Assembly: GCF_006345805.1 (NCBI RefSeq)
Contig: NC_042998.1
Coordinates: 110,298,001-110,362,000 of the forward strand
Length of the DNA: 64,000 bases
Direction: 5' to 3'
Origin: Octopus sinensis
Taxonomy: Eukaryota
This document shows positions 36,491-50,860 of the stretch, piece after piece (within the stretch, counting starts at the first letter, position 1; each line of letters opens with the position of its first letter). The translations under genes were made by a program, and so were the position numbers. The notes under the pieces are model-generated. The model saw only the letters and a list, made by a program, of their open reading frames with translations, was not told where the DNA came from and made no database searches.

Positions 36491-37859
36491 GTATATATAT
36501 ATATATACACAGATACATTATACATATATGCATTTATACATTTGAGCAATCATATATGAATAGACTCAGACGCATTATACACGCACCCACATATATATAT
36601 GCATACATACATATGCTGTATGCATGCTTATGCATAAATTATATGCATTTACATGTACACACACATACACGCATACACACACAGACATATATATATATGT
36701 AGAAGGTAGATGAGCTAATATAATATTGCGTGGGATGCTATACATTTTCGATTTCAGAATTTTCTCTAGGCCAAATTGACGGTAACAATACCGCAGATCC
36801 CAGTATTACATATGTAACTGAAAGCAAGCAGCTGTAGCTGCTAATTACTGCGCTATCAAGGTCGTTAGCTTTGTATACCTGGCCAAGCAAAGTGTTTTCC
36901 TGTTTGGAAAAGAGCTGATGCATTCTAGTCTCTCCCATGCTAAACGATAGAACTGTTAATTGTGCGGATTGTAATTTCTAGTGGCAGAAGTCCACCGCTT
37001 GTGCGAAGAAGACAGATAACTAGGTGGGATTTTGATAAGTAAAATTTTTACTCCTCCCTTAAACACAAAGGAAATGCTTTCGTTACAACAAACGACAAGA
37101 TATCAAGAATGGTTAGTTGCGTGGTTAGTTGGTGCTGATTGATGCTGCTGTCGTCATTTACCATAGTTTAGCTGCTTTCAACTTTGGTCGACAAATCTCC
37201 GCTTCCGACTGCCTGGTCTCCCCTATCTCTCGATGCTCTCTGTCAAATAGATAAAGTGTGCTGAGTTCATAGTGCTGAGAAAGAAAGGTGCAAAAATATG
37301 GAATTGTTGCTGGAGTCAGTTCTTGTCGAAGTCATGATTGGTTAAATATTTTTAACATATGGGTAATATTCTAGTGAATCGTCACACCAGGTGATGTGAC
37401 TGCTGAATATTCCTCAGGATCCCTACTCCCGCCCTGTCTTCCCTCCCTCCCCTCCCTCCTTCCCTCACTCACTCAGTTACACGTGTATCTGCATTTCCCT
37501 TGCCTACGTACATACATGTATCATCATCAGATCTTCTTTCCTAATATTTTAGAGTTATGTTCTGACCTATCATTCAACCACAGTTCTGATATTTTTGCAT
37601 ACTCTTCATAGCTTTTTTTAAATATATATATTTTCACAATACTTGTTTTGCGGACCCCTTCAACGTAAACTCCTACAGTACTTCCTGTATACGGCAGCAT
37701 CGCATTGTGCACGAAAACATGTGATAGTACTATTCAATTTAGCTAATTTTTTGATGTATCTAACTGAGCGTGTATCAGATTTTAGGGAGTATGCTTTTCT
37801 GTTGCATAGTTTTTGATTTTCTGACATTATTTTTAATTCGTGGTAGATTAGTACGCATT

Positions 37860-38006
<147 letters not shown>

Positions 38007-38798
38007 AACAGCTGTATACGATTGCAAAATTACATGCCTTTACACTCACACATTATTACGCGTGAATTATATATACATTATATACGTATATATAATTACA
38101 TGTACATTTTATGTTTTAACTACCGCATTTCATTTTCTTGCTATCTTCAATTTAGAAGACGCTTATAATATTCTCCATTTAAATCTAATTTTCAGTAATC
38201 TAGAATATTTAAATGAACTCAAACTTATGTAAATTTTTAGTAATTGTTGGCAAATTTACCGAAATTTCCTCAAATTTCATAGTAAATAAATATAATTACA
38301 TATAATTAATTTTTGGCACGTTTTCAAGTTGTAATATATTTTGCAAAGACATTAAATTTTAGTAAATGTACACATAAATTCATGTAAATCTAAGTAAATG
38401 TTACACATAAAGACAAACGTATTAAAATGCTTGCACATCTAAAAAAGGTGACAATAGATTAAATAAACATCTTAAATATTCTACAGCAACTTATTTTCTA
38501 TTAATAGATTTATTAGTTTAAATAAATATAACCTTAATAATCTATACAGTTCGTTGAGAGGAAATTTGTTTAACTGATTTCATATATTTCCCTTTGCTTC
38601 CTAAATGTTGATAATGTACACATAACAATATATCGTCAGTCTGGGAGTTGTACGGCTAGTATATGATAGACTGAGGTAATGCATAAAACACTAGACTATA
38701 CATGGGTACATGGTCTAAGGCAAATAAACTTGATGCATCTGAAGTTCCTATTGTCGCATTTTTCAATGCAGAAGCAGTTCCTTAATAATTTCTGAGGA

Positions 38799-38966
38799 TT
38801 CAAAATTTTAGACTTTAAAATATATTGTTTTAACGTTGCAATATGTCTATATAAATATTTATGTTATGAAATATTTTCAAAATATTTTCAAAATTTTAGA
38901 CTTTAAAATATATTGTTTTAACGTTGCAATATGTCTATATAAATATTTATGTTATGAAATATTTTC
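38799..38966 (+). repeat. Exact 80-bp tandem duplication with an 8-bp spacer
   Basis: 38799-38878 equals 38887-38966. Confidence 0.92.
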
Positions 38967-40109
38967 ATCATCTTATATATGTAGGGATCTCAGCTACATA
39001 AGACAATAGAATATTTGAAGTACAAAAGGCAAAGTAAATCATATAGTAAACAAACGTAACAGACTTTGAACAAAGTTTGTTTCAAAGGATAATGGATAAC
39101 TCTGTAGTTTATTAGAATGAGAATCCATAGGAAACTGACTCACGTCGGGTCTAGAACTAACCTCAAACAACTTAAGTCGTATATCACTCTAAATGCGCAA
39201 ACAAATAAATTTAGTCTTCTGTAGAAGCTTATCTCCATATCTTCCAAGATTAGGAATAATTATGATTAACTACCTAGTGAATGCAAAATAAATAAATAAA
39301 TATAAATAAACAAAAAAATGTTAAAGCATAATAACATACATCACAGCAAATCAAAAGAGAGGACACACGCATATTTAAACAAATAATCTGGGAGATGCTA
39401 CAATAACGTTATAAATGATAGGTAGCCTGGGAAGTCACGAAATTAATGCATAAAGCATATAAACAAAATCACTGTACCCTTAATATAGATGAAATCATTG
39501 AGATTGATGGATCAATGCAAGCAATGATGAATGTAAGAAGATATTCTACTAAGAATCTCCCTGGCTGTCTTATTCTCTCTTCCTCATGCGCACACAAGCA
39601 CAAATAACATAAATACATTACAAGCAACGTACACATATATACAATCACAGACATACACACGCACACATATCAAACATAAGATGGCAGTTAACATATCCCG
39701 CTTGGTTATAACTTTCTAACACAAGGAAATATATATATATATATATACCTTCTTTCTGAGGAAGTGGTCTGATCGTATAGTCCTTCAGAATGCATAGATG
39801 TAATATGTTGATATCTGTTGAGTATGGCCAAATCCAATATTGTCCGTAAATACCAAACGTTATTTCGATGAATAGCGGTGTAAGAGAAAATGTATGAATT
39901 TCATAAAATATGCATTTATGTGCAACGGGGTGATGCAAGTTCTAACACTTCGAGCGGGCCCTTTCTTCTTACAGAAGAGATTAGAGTCGCCTGAAGAATA
40001 ATATACATGCATACACACACACATGCATACATACATACATACATACATACATACTACATACATACATACATACATATATAGTCTCTCTCATCCCTTCTCT
40101 CTCTGCATG

Positions 40110-40196
<87 letters not shown>

Positions 40197-40303
40197 ATAT
40201 ATACATATATATATGTGTGTGTGTGTGTGTATATATATATCTATGTGAGTGTATATATAATATATATGTATATATATATATATATATACATATGTATATA
40301 TAT

Positions 40304-40386
<83 letters not shown>

Positions 40387-40970
40387 TACATAAAGACACA
40401 CATACATATATAAAAATTATATCTATATACATATAATACAAATGGACATATGTGTATATAAAGTACGTATACGCATGCATAAATATGTGCGTATATATTC
40501 ATGTATGTGAATGAATACATTACATACACGTACACATAATCATACTCAGGTATGTAACCACACACACAAACACATACCCGCGCGCGCAGCTATATTTCCT
40601 GCGGAATCTGGAAATGCTAGAGACTGGGCTTTGAACAAGGTAATCTTTAGTATAAGCTTTTACTAACGTACGTTGTCATCTATTTTTTTTTTTTGAAGCA
40701 GCTTTCATATTTCTCTAATATATAAAACTGCATTACGGAAGGTATGTAATCATTGCTTTTATCCAAATATATTGTGATCTGCAACTCTGTAATTCCACTG
40801 AAATTCTTTATGCGCTTATTCAAATTCAAATACTAGAAACCGAAGAGACTTCTTGAGCATATTCTGCTTATTCAGCCAAATAATTATATATTTCTCTGCG
40901 ATTGGCATCTAGTTCGTTAATTTAGTTGAACATTTTTTCCAAGCACATAAAAACCTCTCTCTCTCTCTGT

Positions 40971-41010
<40 letters not shown>

Positions 41011-42820
41011 GTGTGTGTGTGTGTGTGTGTGTGCGTGTCTGTGTGTCTGTGTGTCTGTGTGTGTGGCGGAGGGTGTATGTCTGTATGTGTGTGTATATAT
41101 GTGTGTATGTGTGTGTTTGTGTGTACGTGTGTGTGGGGGTAGCTGTGTCGGTGTGTCTGTGTTTGCATTTGAGTATAATATATATGCATATATATATATA
41201 TATATATATATATCTATATCTATATCTATCTATATATATATTCCCATGCATACACAGATACAGACGCACACACGCACTCACACAAGCATATCTACATACA
41301 CTGACAAACACATCCGCACACTCACTCTCACACACATACATGTTGTCTCAAAATGATGGGACTTAAATTTCTACACTTTCCTTAAATATTCTTTTACACT
41401 TCTAGTTACTTTCTCGTTCTAAACATAGTAGAATTTCAGATGTAGATTTCCTTGCCAATCCTACATATTAAGGTTCCGTCGCTGGCCCATGTTAAGTGGT
41501 CGGCTCTTGAGACTCGCATAATAGTTGAACGAGATAAAAATTAGACTGGTTGAATTCCTTGTGTACGAATCTGGAAGAAGTAGAATCGTCTGTTATTCAT
41601 CTTTGTTTACGCAGACAAGGCAGCTTGGCGGTTATTGGCTTTGATACTGTATTGGCTTTCATGGACACGTGTTGAGCAGCCCAATGCTTAAAATTATCAC
41701 GCCATAGGGTATCCTGTGTTTCCTTCTTGAGTTTATATCTAGGATTACATTCTACAATTAATCTTTTAATTGTAGGATGTGGCTTCAATATAAGAATATT
41801 AGGTCCAGCAGAACAGAAACGGGAGTGAAAGCGCCTGTCTGGGCTTAATCTAGAAAGAATTGTCTTATGTTTACGGCGAGTCAATGTCTCGATTCAATTG
41901 CAAAGCGCAATAAAAAAAAAAATCAGTATATATGTATATGCATACACGCACATATATACATGTATTTATATTTATATTTATATATATGTGTGTGTATGTA
42001 TGTGTGTTTGTGTTTGTGTGCGTGTCAGTGTGTATGTGTTTAGTTGTTTCAACGGGGGTGTGAATATATGTATATATGTACTCGCTCACTCTCTCTCTCT
42101 TTCTCTCCCTCACAACGCACTCACACACACGCACACATACAAACACGCACACACACACATACACACACGAATACACGTACATATACCCACAAAACTAAAA
42201 TAAATGGACAGCGATATTGTGATAAAATCAAAAAAAATATTCTATAGAGACTGCACAGATAAATTAGTAAAATATTCGATTCGGTAGAGATTTTTAGATA
42301 TTATTAAATTTGATTAGTTGAAATGTACAAGTTGCTGCAGGCCGTAATATGAAATAGCTAGAAGCTGAGATGTTCTAAATTGTACACATCGATATGATAA
42401 TTACACTGATGCGATCAATGTTATTAGAAACAGATTAAAATATCAATGTTCAGGTTAATAATATCATTTAGTAATATTTATGAACACCATAGAAGTTTTA
42501 AATATAACGTAGATGATATACTTCAGAACCAGTTCCTTCATTAAATATATAATGTGAGAAACCAGAGGAATGAAGCCTATTGATTGTTTCTTTATGAACC
42601 AGCCTCTGGCAGATGTGTATTGTTAATGACATTATCTAAATTTTAAGCGAAACGTCTACCGCAACCAAGTCAGTAGCTACAAGAATAGAGATTTAATATT
42701 TTAGAGATCTAAGATATTTTGAAACTGACCAGGGTATGGATATTATCTCTATAATATCAAACATACATAAATGTGTATGTGTGTTTGCTAATATTTACAC
42801 ACACACACACACATACACAT

Positions 42821-42864
<44 letters not shown>

Positions 42865-42981
42865 TACACACACGTATTCAACATACACATGCACACATGT
42901 ATATTACATACACACATGCATATATATTCATGCAGATATTTATCGTTGTATTGCCCTCAATCTTTCACTAAATATTAGACA

Positions 42982-42982
<1 letters not shown>

Positions 42983-43042
<60 letters not shown>

Positions 43043-43060
43043 CTATCTATCTATCTATCA

Positions 43061-43094
<34 letters not shown>

Positions 43095-43105
43095 TTATCT
43101 ATCTG

Positions 43106-43162
<57 letters not shown>

Positions 43163-43165
43163 ATA
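42983..43165. repeat. (ATCT)n microsatellite
   Basis: Direct inspection. Confidence 0.96.
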
Positions 43166-44454
43166 TACATATACGAACTCAGCTGTTTCATACATATTTA
43201 AATATCTATTGCAAAACAGGAAACAGAGAACAGGAGGTCGTGACAAGAATACGTCAGTTCTGAATCTTAAGAAAAGTCACTAGAGGACAATATTGAATCA
43301 ATTAAATTGGGAATCAGACCTCACTGTGACAGCTAATTGTCAGTTGACTTCATTACTTTCATATAGTCTGGAACATGAAGAGGTGTGCAAAAATATAGGC
43401 TTATTGATATACACATCTTCAGCGCATACTCATCCACACATCCATCTATAAAAGTTGCCAAAGCGGAAAATTGCCTTATGCATATATATTCTGATGCAGG
43501 AAGAGTGGATTATGATTAGAGCAGAGATATTTGGTGAATGATTTGTGGAAAGACATTCCCTAAATTGTTTGAATAGAGAAATTTGATGAATTGCTTGGTC
43601 AATGGTATGTAGGTTTTCTCCAGTAACATAATAGGCATAAATCCATATGCCCCATATGTTTTATTTATCCGTATATAATATAATGTCCCTTTATCATAAT
43701 GATTGAACATCAGACTTCAGCAAGACAATGTTCCTCCAGATCTTGCTAATATTATAGTGTAATAACTGATGTAATTGAAACTTTCCAGAAGGTATTTCGA
43801 GATATGAGGTCCAATTGAATAGTTACCTATAACTTCAGATGTAGCAACTCCTGATTTGTTTTTGTCGACTTCTTTGAAGTCAATATTCTAGCTGAAGTCG
43901 CTGAAGACACTCAAAGCAAGCATTAAAAGAATCAATCTTATTCATTTGTATTAATATCCCTACTGAAGCCATGCAGGTTTCAAATTTCTCACATTCAATG
44001 AAGTGTATAGTTGGGTTCTGAAATCCCATTTTCAGTCTTTTGTTCATTTGGGATTTTTAAATATATACGCATGAAATTTTATTTAAATCACATTGATCAG
44101 CACCGTCTTCCTCACTTGATTTCAACCACACGGTGGTTCAGTATTTAAAAAGATTTATGTGGTTTTAAGACAAACAAATGCTTTAACTAAAAAGACTTGT
44201 CAGTGTCTCATGGTCTAGGCGGACAAAATGCAAAAATCGTTTCCCCGGAGGATGGCAAGAGAAACCCGCATGGAACTGCCACTCCGACTAACGGAGCTCG
44301 CACTTACATTTTGGGAGAAAATATAGGCGATTACTATCATCCCTATCATCAGACAGCTGCTTATTTATCGATTCCCGAGTGAATGAAAGCAGAGTTAACC
44401 GAAAATGGATTGAAACACGGACACCAAAAACTTGGCCTTTTCTACCAAAGCACT

Positions 44455-44610
44455 TTCCTTATGCTCTGAGTTCAAATTCCTTCGAGGTTAATTTTTCCCT
44501 GTCTTCGTTCGGGCTCGATAAAATAAGTACCAGTCAAGTACTGGGATCAATGTAATTGACCTATCCCTCTCCCGAAATTAATGCTCTAGTGCCAAAATTT
44601 GAAGCCAATA
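44455..44610 (+). mobile_element. SINE family B fragment
   Basis: GAGTTCAAATTCC (B-box-like)..CGATAAAATAAGTACCAG..TACTGGGATC. Confidence 0.65.
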
Positions 44611-45219
44611 TTTAGTGAATGTAAAATGGAAATAGGAAAACCATTTCCAGTGTGATCCAATTCTGCATCCATTATTGACTAGCAACACTCAGCAGGAGAG
44701 CATAATTGGATCAGAGCACATATTTTATAATGTATTTCATTTTATGTATATTTAAACTAGTTTTACTGATGACTATTTTAATTAATACCAATTGTAGCCC
44801 GACTAGTATATTTCCGCACAACTGGATATATTTCTAAAATCTTTCAAAAACACCACCCTACCATATTATAAAAAGGATACATTAATACATTAGTTAATGT
44901 ACTTCGAAATAGACTATGTCTGCAGAATTCAAATTTGAATATATCAGCAAGAAGAAAAAATATAACAAAAAGGAGTTTGAAGGTAACGTATTTATGTACA
45001 CTAAACTGGAATAAAAGTTCATAAAAAAAAAACTCTGAAAGGCAAGGAGTGAAATATCTGCAAAGAATTAAATATAATTTTATGGAAGTAAATATAATTT
45101 TATAGATATTTATTTCAGTTATCTGATATAATAGAATCGAATAGCGAAGTTAGAACGACCATATCAATATTAACTAGAGAAACACATATCCACTCTAGAA
45201 AAAAATCGATAAGTTTATC

Positions 45220-45224
45220 TGTAT

Positions 45225-45307
<83 letters not shown>

Positions 45308-45310
45308 TGC
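45220..45310. repeat. Long (GT)n microsatellite
   Basis: Direct inspection. Confidence 0.97.
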
Positions 45311-45659
45311 AAGTAGGCTATATATGCATATAGAATATATAAACATATTTGTACCGATGTTTTATGGTTATTTTATACGCCCACACACTTTTTCTCACAC
45401 GCACATACATGCATATGTATGTGTGTGCATGGCATGTGTGTGTGTATGTATACACTCGCATACACATCTATATTTAGTTATAGCGCTGAGGGAAATACTT
45501 CTGGGAGCATTTCCTTACTAAATACACATTCAAATCTCACATACGTACTATTGTACATGTGTTGTCCAAAAAACTAGTTAACAGAGATTATGGTCTCTGT
45601 AAAATTTGAATGAAATTGGTTGTGTAGTTCTCAAGTTTTAGGGATTCACACATTTCACA

Positions 45660-45820
45660 CAATGGCCTAGTGGTTAGGGCAGCGGACTCGCGGTCGCAGG
45701 ATCGCGGTTTCGATTCTCAGACTGGGCGTTGTGTGTGTTTATTGAGCGAAAACACCTAAAAGCTCTACGAGGCTCCGGCAGGGGGTGGTGATCCCTGCTG
45801 TACTCTTTCACCACAATGGC
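45660..45820 (+). mobile_element. tRNA-derived SINE family C, 3'-truncated
   Basis: A box TGGCCTAGTGG and B box GGTTTCGATTC; homologous to 49470-49775. Confidence 0.8.
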
Positions 45821-45919
45821 GGTGCCCCAGCATGGCCACATCTCAAGAGCTGAAACTGGAAAAAACAAAAACAATACAAAACATACAGACAGACAGACAG
45901 ACACACATTCTCAGTTATA

Positions 45920-46305
45920 TCTCTCTATATATAAACGGCAGTTTGTCTGTGTGTGTTTCTGTGTGTCTGTTTTCTCGTACCCTCACCCTGACCACGGCTT
46001 TCAACCGATTCTGATGAAACTTGACACACACATAGCCCAATGTCATAATTCAAAACTAACGCAGCGAAAATTTTGAAAAGTTCCCCCAGTTCTGAAAAAA
46101 ATCGATAAATTCGACATGGGGTCGAGAATGAGAAACCCAAACCACAGACCGTCTAGGGGACGCAACTCCACCTGTTTTAACTCTCAAAAAAAAATTTACC
46201 ATCATTTTTTTTCCATTTTTTTGCTATTTTTTGGCTATAACTCTCTAAAAATGCTTTATAGTTATTTCCCTTACAAATCTGAGCAACGCCGGGCGATACT
46301 GCTAG
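45920..46305 (+). mobile_element. Non-autonomous Helitron-like element (386 bp)
   Basis: A|TCTCTCTATATATAAA, a (TCTG/TG)n microsatellite near the 5' end, and 3' CTGAGCAACGCCGGG hairpin..CTGCTAG|T. Confidence 0.82.
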
Positions 46306-46570
46306 TATATATATATATATATATATGGATTCCGTAGACAGGAACTGAAACAAATCAATCGTATATATATGTATATATGTAAGTGTATGTGGGTGTCTTT
46401 GTCTCTGTGCTTCTCCCTCATCACTGCTTCACAACTGCTGTTCATTTATTTACACCCCCATAACTTACTGGTTTCACAAGAACAAACTAATAGAATAATA
46501 GAATATTTTTTGCCCACTCAGTTGTATCTATCAATTTATCTTTGTATGTGTGTGTGTATGTGTATGTATC

Positions 46571-46715
<145 letters not shown>

Positions 46716-47809
46716 TGTGTGTATAACACCCTAATGCGGGGCTTAAATTCCAAATTTCAGTCATTTCTTTTGTGTTCCAAAACTAGGTCGAAAGTACTGA
46801 ATGGATCTTTATGAAATTATATTCTATGCATAAGGGCCATAACCCCCATGACAATTCATATATTTTTGCTGTTGACGAAATTTTAACCATAGATATTAGA
46901 CACAAATGAAGTAATATTTATAAAATTTCATCATCTTACAAGTTAGAAAGACCCCTCCATGGGGACTTAACACCCACAATTTTGTCATTTTATTTAAGTA
47001 AAAACGAATACAGTTGTGCTCTTGGAAGCTGTAGGGTTACACGAGCATAAAAGATTAGCATTATTTGTAATTCAATGGTACAAACATATCCTTACATTGT
47101 TATTTCTGCAATGTGGTGCATAAATTGTCAAGTAAACGAAAGGCATCTTTGCCTCCACTAATTCAGTTGCAAAGTGTTGAGTAAAGTTATTTGATTGCAG
47201 ACCTCCTTTCAGTCTTTTTATTATCACTTGGTCACACATAGTCCCCAGATGGTAACATTGATTTCAAGGCTTTCCCAGGTGAGTGACTGGTTATTCAAAG
47301 ACATTTATAGATTGTAAATTTATTCTGTCCAGTTACGTATCAGTTTAGTGGTCATTTGCAAACTCCAGAGGTGACATTTTCATTTCTCCTTAGCCCTCAC
47401 GCCACAAAGTTGTTAATGTTTATTTCAGTTGGGACACGGCCTTCCAATTGCCATGGATTCGTAATGCATCTTACGGCTGTGCCCGTCACCTGGATGGTGA
47501 GGAATCCTACATTGGGAGTGGTAACGACTGCTTATTGTGATCATTCAAACCGAGTGAACATATATTCCCTATTTCAAAGAAATTCAAACAATAGATATAA
47601 GACACAAGTTAAAAAGATTCTCAACAATTCAACTTCTCTGGTTGACATTAAGATGCCCACCCCCAACAGGGGCCTTAACTCTCACATTTTTCAGGAGCAA
47701 AATCTTTTTAACAGTTTCAATAAGACTGGAATATGCGCATAAAATCAGTAGTATGGGATACATGTGACACGATTACAATTTTTTCAGGGTGTGTAAAGAG
47801 AGAAATAAC

Positions 47810-48180
47810 CCTCATCTTCAATTTTGATGAAATTCGAAACATAGATATTCCAGTTCCATTACAGCAAATATAACAGAAAAGTTTAATTCTTCAATCAAAT
47901 GTAACACGGGCAACGCCGGGTATCTCTGCTATTATCTATATATATAAAGCTGAGAATGTGTGTCTGTCTGTGTGTGCCTGTATGTGTGCATCACTAACAC
48001 TCGATTACTAGCCAACGGATTTTATTCATATTTTACACATGCCGTACTAAGGGTAACAAAATGTTCAACTTCTTGCCTAACGTGAGCCCGGAGCAATCTC
48101 TTATCTCTTACACTGTTCCCGTATTACCGTATACCGTATTATGTGTCTAAAGTGAAATCTTAACATCTCTATTATTACTT
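47810..48180 (+). mobile_element. Helitron-like 3' terminus (ends ~47932) immediately followed by a Helitron-like 5' terminus (starts 47935)
   Basis: ACGGGCAACGCCGGG..CTGCTAT, then A|TCTATATATATAAAGCTGAG and a (TGTC/TG)n run. Confidence 0.65.
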
Positions 48181-48304
48181 TCACTATTAGATGGTTTCAA
48201 TTTCAATTACATTCATTATGTATCTATATCTATATATATGTATGTATATATTTATATTTTGTATACATATGCATGTATACTGTGTATATATATGTGTGTA
48301 CATA

Positions 48305-48341
<37 letters not shown>

Positions 48342-48342
48342 G

Positions 48343-48394
<52 letters not shown>

Positions 48395-48502
48395 AGTTGA
48401 GGAACGAAATCCTTATACTTCATTTACTCTCTCACTCTCTCTTTATATGTATATATATATATTTATGTATGTATATTTATGTGTATATATATGTATGCAT
48501 AT

Positions 48503-48542
<40 letters not shown>

Positions 48543-48589
48543 GTATATGTATATATGGATATATGCGTATATATGCATAAATATGTGTA

Positions 48590-49345
48590 AGTAAGTCTGT
48601 AATTATGAGATCATTGAGATCCACACTGGCTTTGAATAGTGACAATGAATCTCTTAATGCTGGAGATATAAGAATTTCATGTGGCACTTTCCAGGGTGAC
48701 ACTCTCTTTTGTCTAGCCTTAATAACTCTCTCAAAATACGTCGATTATGTACAATATAGCTATAAAATGTTTGATAAAAATAAAAATCATCTCTTTTACA
48801 TAGATAATATAAAGCTCTTCGCAAAAAACGACCAACAACTACAGAGCTTATTGGCGAGTGTTAAACTATTCAGTGATGACATCAGGATGCAATTTGGCCT
48901 CGATAAAGGCGCAAAAGCTACCTTTATCAAAGGAAGAATGGCAGAAGCATCCAACGTTAATCTTGACCAGCAGAATGTCATAAAGGAGTTAGAACCAGTG
49001 GAGCGCCACAAATACCTAGTGGTATTTGATGGTGATGGAATCAAACATTCAATGATGAGGGAAAGGATCAGAAGAGAATGTTATCGCAGGGTAAGGGCAA
49101 TACTCAAGACAGAGCTGAATGCAAGAAACGGGATCACAACTATCAATACTTTAGCCATACCGGTCGTGAGACTTACAGTTTCAATAACATTAACTGGTCA
49201 ATTACTGAAATATGTAATCTTGACAGAAAAATACAAAACTTTTGACAATTCATAGAATGCACCACCCAAGGCGTATATGGAACGACTTTACCTGCCAAGA
49301 AAAGAGGTTGATCGTGGACTTTTACAACTGGAATTAACAATGAAG
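48590..49345 (+). mobile_element. R4/Dong-like LINE RT fragment
   Basis: ORF 48605-49255: GTFQGDTL, NHLFYIDNIKLFAK, FSDDIRMQFGLDK, ILKTELNARN..INTLAIPV, then MHHPKA..ERLYLPRK. Confidence 0.9.
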
Positions 49346-49399
49346 TTTGCCACAGTTTCGGACTGAGAAAGTAATAAAAACTAGAATACCTGATTTGAT

Positions 49400-49457
<58 letters not shown>

Positions 49458-49469
49458 CCACCACCAGCT

Positions 49470-49773
49470 CTTTTATTAACGTCAAGTGGCTGAGCACGTG
49501 TACCCTTAACGTACTTCTCGAGGAGATTCAGCGTAACACAGAGTGTGACAAGGCTGGCCCTTTGAAATACAGGTACAACAGAAACAGGAAGAAAGAGTGA
49601 GAGAAAGTTGTGGCGAAAGAGTACAGCAGGGTTCACCCGCCCCCCTCCTGCCGGAGCCTCGTGGAGCTTTAGGTGTTTTCGCTCAATAAACACTCACAAT
49701 GTCCGGTCTGGGAATCGAAACTGCGATCCTCCGAGCGCGAGTCTGCTACCCTAACCACTGGGCCATTGCGCCT

Positions 49774-49775
<2 letters not shown>
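49470..49775 (-). mobile_element. tRNA-derived SINE family C, near full length
   Basis: Minus strand GGAGGCGCAATGGCCCAGTGGTTAGG..GTTTCGATTCCC, followed by a non-tRNA body and AATAAAA next to (GAT)n. Confidence 0.82.
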
Positions 49776-49845
<70 letters not shown>

Positions 49846-50449
49846 TGACATTACAGAATAAGTATACAGAGAGCTATATATAGATACGGAAATATCTACA
49901 GAAAAGTACTAGAATGTTATTAAACATGAATGCTATACGTAGATTCGTAGACGTTGAATACGTTTCAGCTAAGATATTTTATTGATGGTATATAGTTCTC
50001 AAATAAGAGTAATTCTAGACAAGTAAAATACATTTGAATATAAATTGACAATTTTGTTTGAATAAAGATATGCAAATTGAATATTTTGCTAGGAATTCAT
50101 ATAACCTTTATCGACAAATTCAAATGAAAATGCATAGATTCATTTCGAAAATATTCCCTAAGAATGTCTTTATCCGGATATTCTTATTTAAAGAATGAAA
50201 ATTCAAGTAAGTACCTTCTGATTCAAAATATTGAACAATAAGATATAGAATTTTAAAATAAATTTTTTTGTGTGTTAAATATAAAACAAATGTTTAATTG
50301 CAAATGAAAGTTTTCCAGAAAATTCGATTTGTTCCACTAGAAATTATTTGGTTTCGGAATCCATTCTATGGAACAACTTTTATTTGAGATCTATTATCTA
50401 AAAGCTTCCATAATATATGATGACTGTAGAACAAATCACATCATTAAAT

Positions 50450-50860
50450 ATACATTTGAAAAAGATTTCAGGAGGAAGCAGCTGCACCGATGACTTCACC
50501 AGCCTTCACAGTCTTTGATATTGATGCGGTGGATCTTCAGGTTGAATATATTAAAATCTATTAACTGAAGGTAAAAGGCGCGTGTAGATGATATTTCTTC
50601 GTGCTGAGTTCCTGGTGATATCATCCCTTAGCTCCAAGGAACAGAGGACATTGTAGTAATGGCAGAAAATACAGCAGTGGAGGCACAATGTGAGTGACTG
50701 CTTGACAATCAGTCAGAGTGTTTTGTTTTCGAATTCAGTGAAAAGTTTGCATGTGCAGAAGGAGCAATATCCAAAACTAGGAACAAAATTGCTCTCTTGA
50801 GATTTGCAAAGATTCAGCAACTGTTTGCAACTATGACAGTTTTAATTAAACGTTGACAAG
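50450..50860 (+). mobile_element. hAT (Charlie/SPIN-like) transposase relic
   Basis: FDIDAVDLQVEYI, KEQYPKLG and QQLFATM resemble the C-terminal dimerisation region; many stops. Confidence 0.45.

Noticed and set aside
47356-47742. 128-aa plus-strand ORF as a single-exon gene
   Set aside because: No recognisable domain or promoter context, and internal splice signals suggest at most a short exon.
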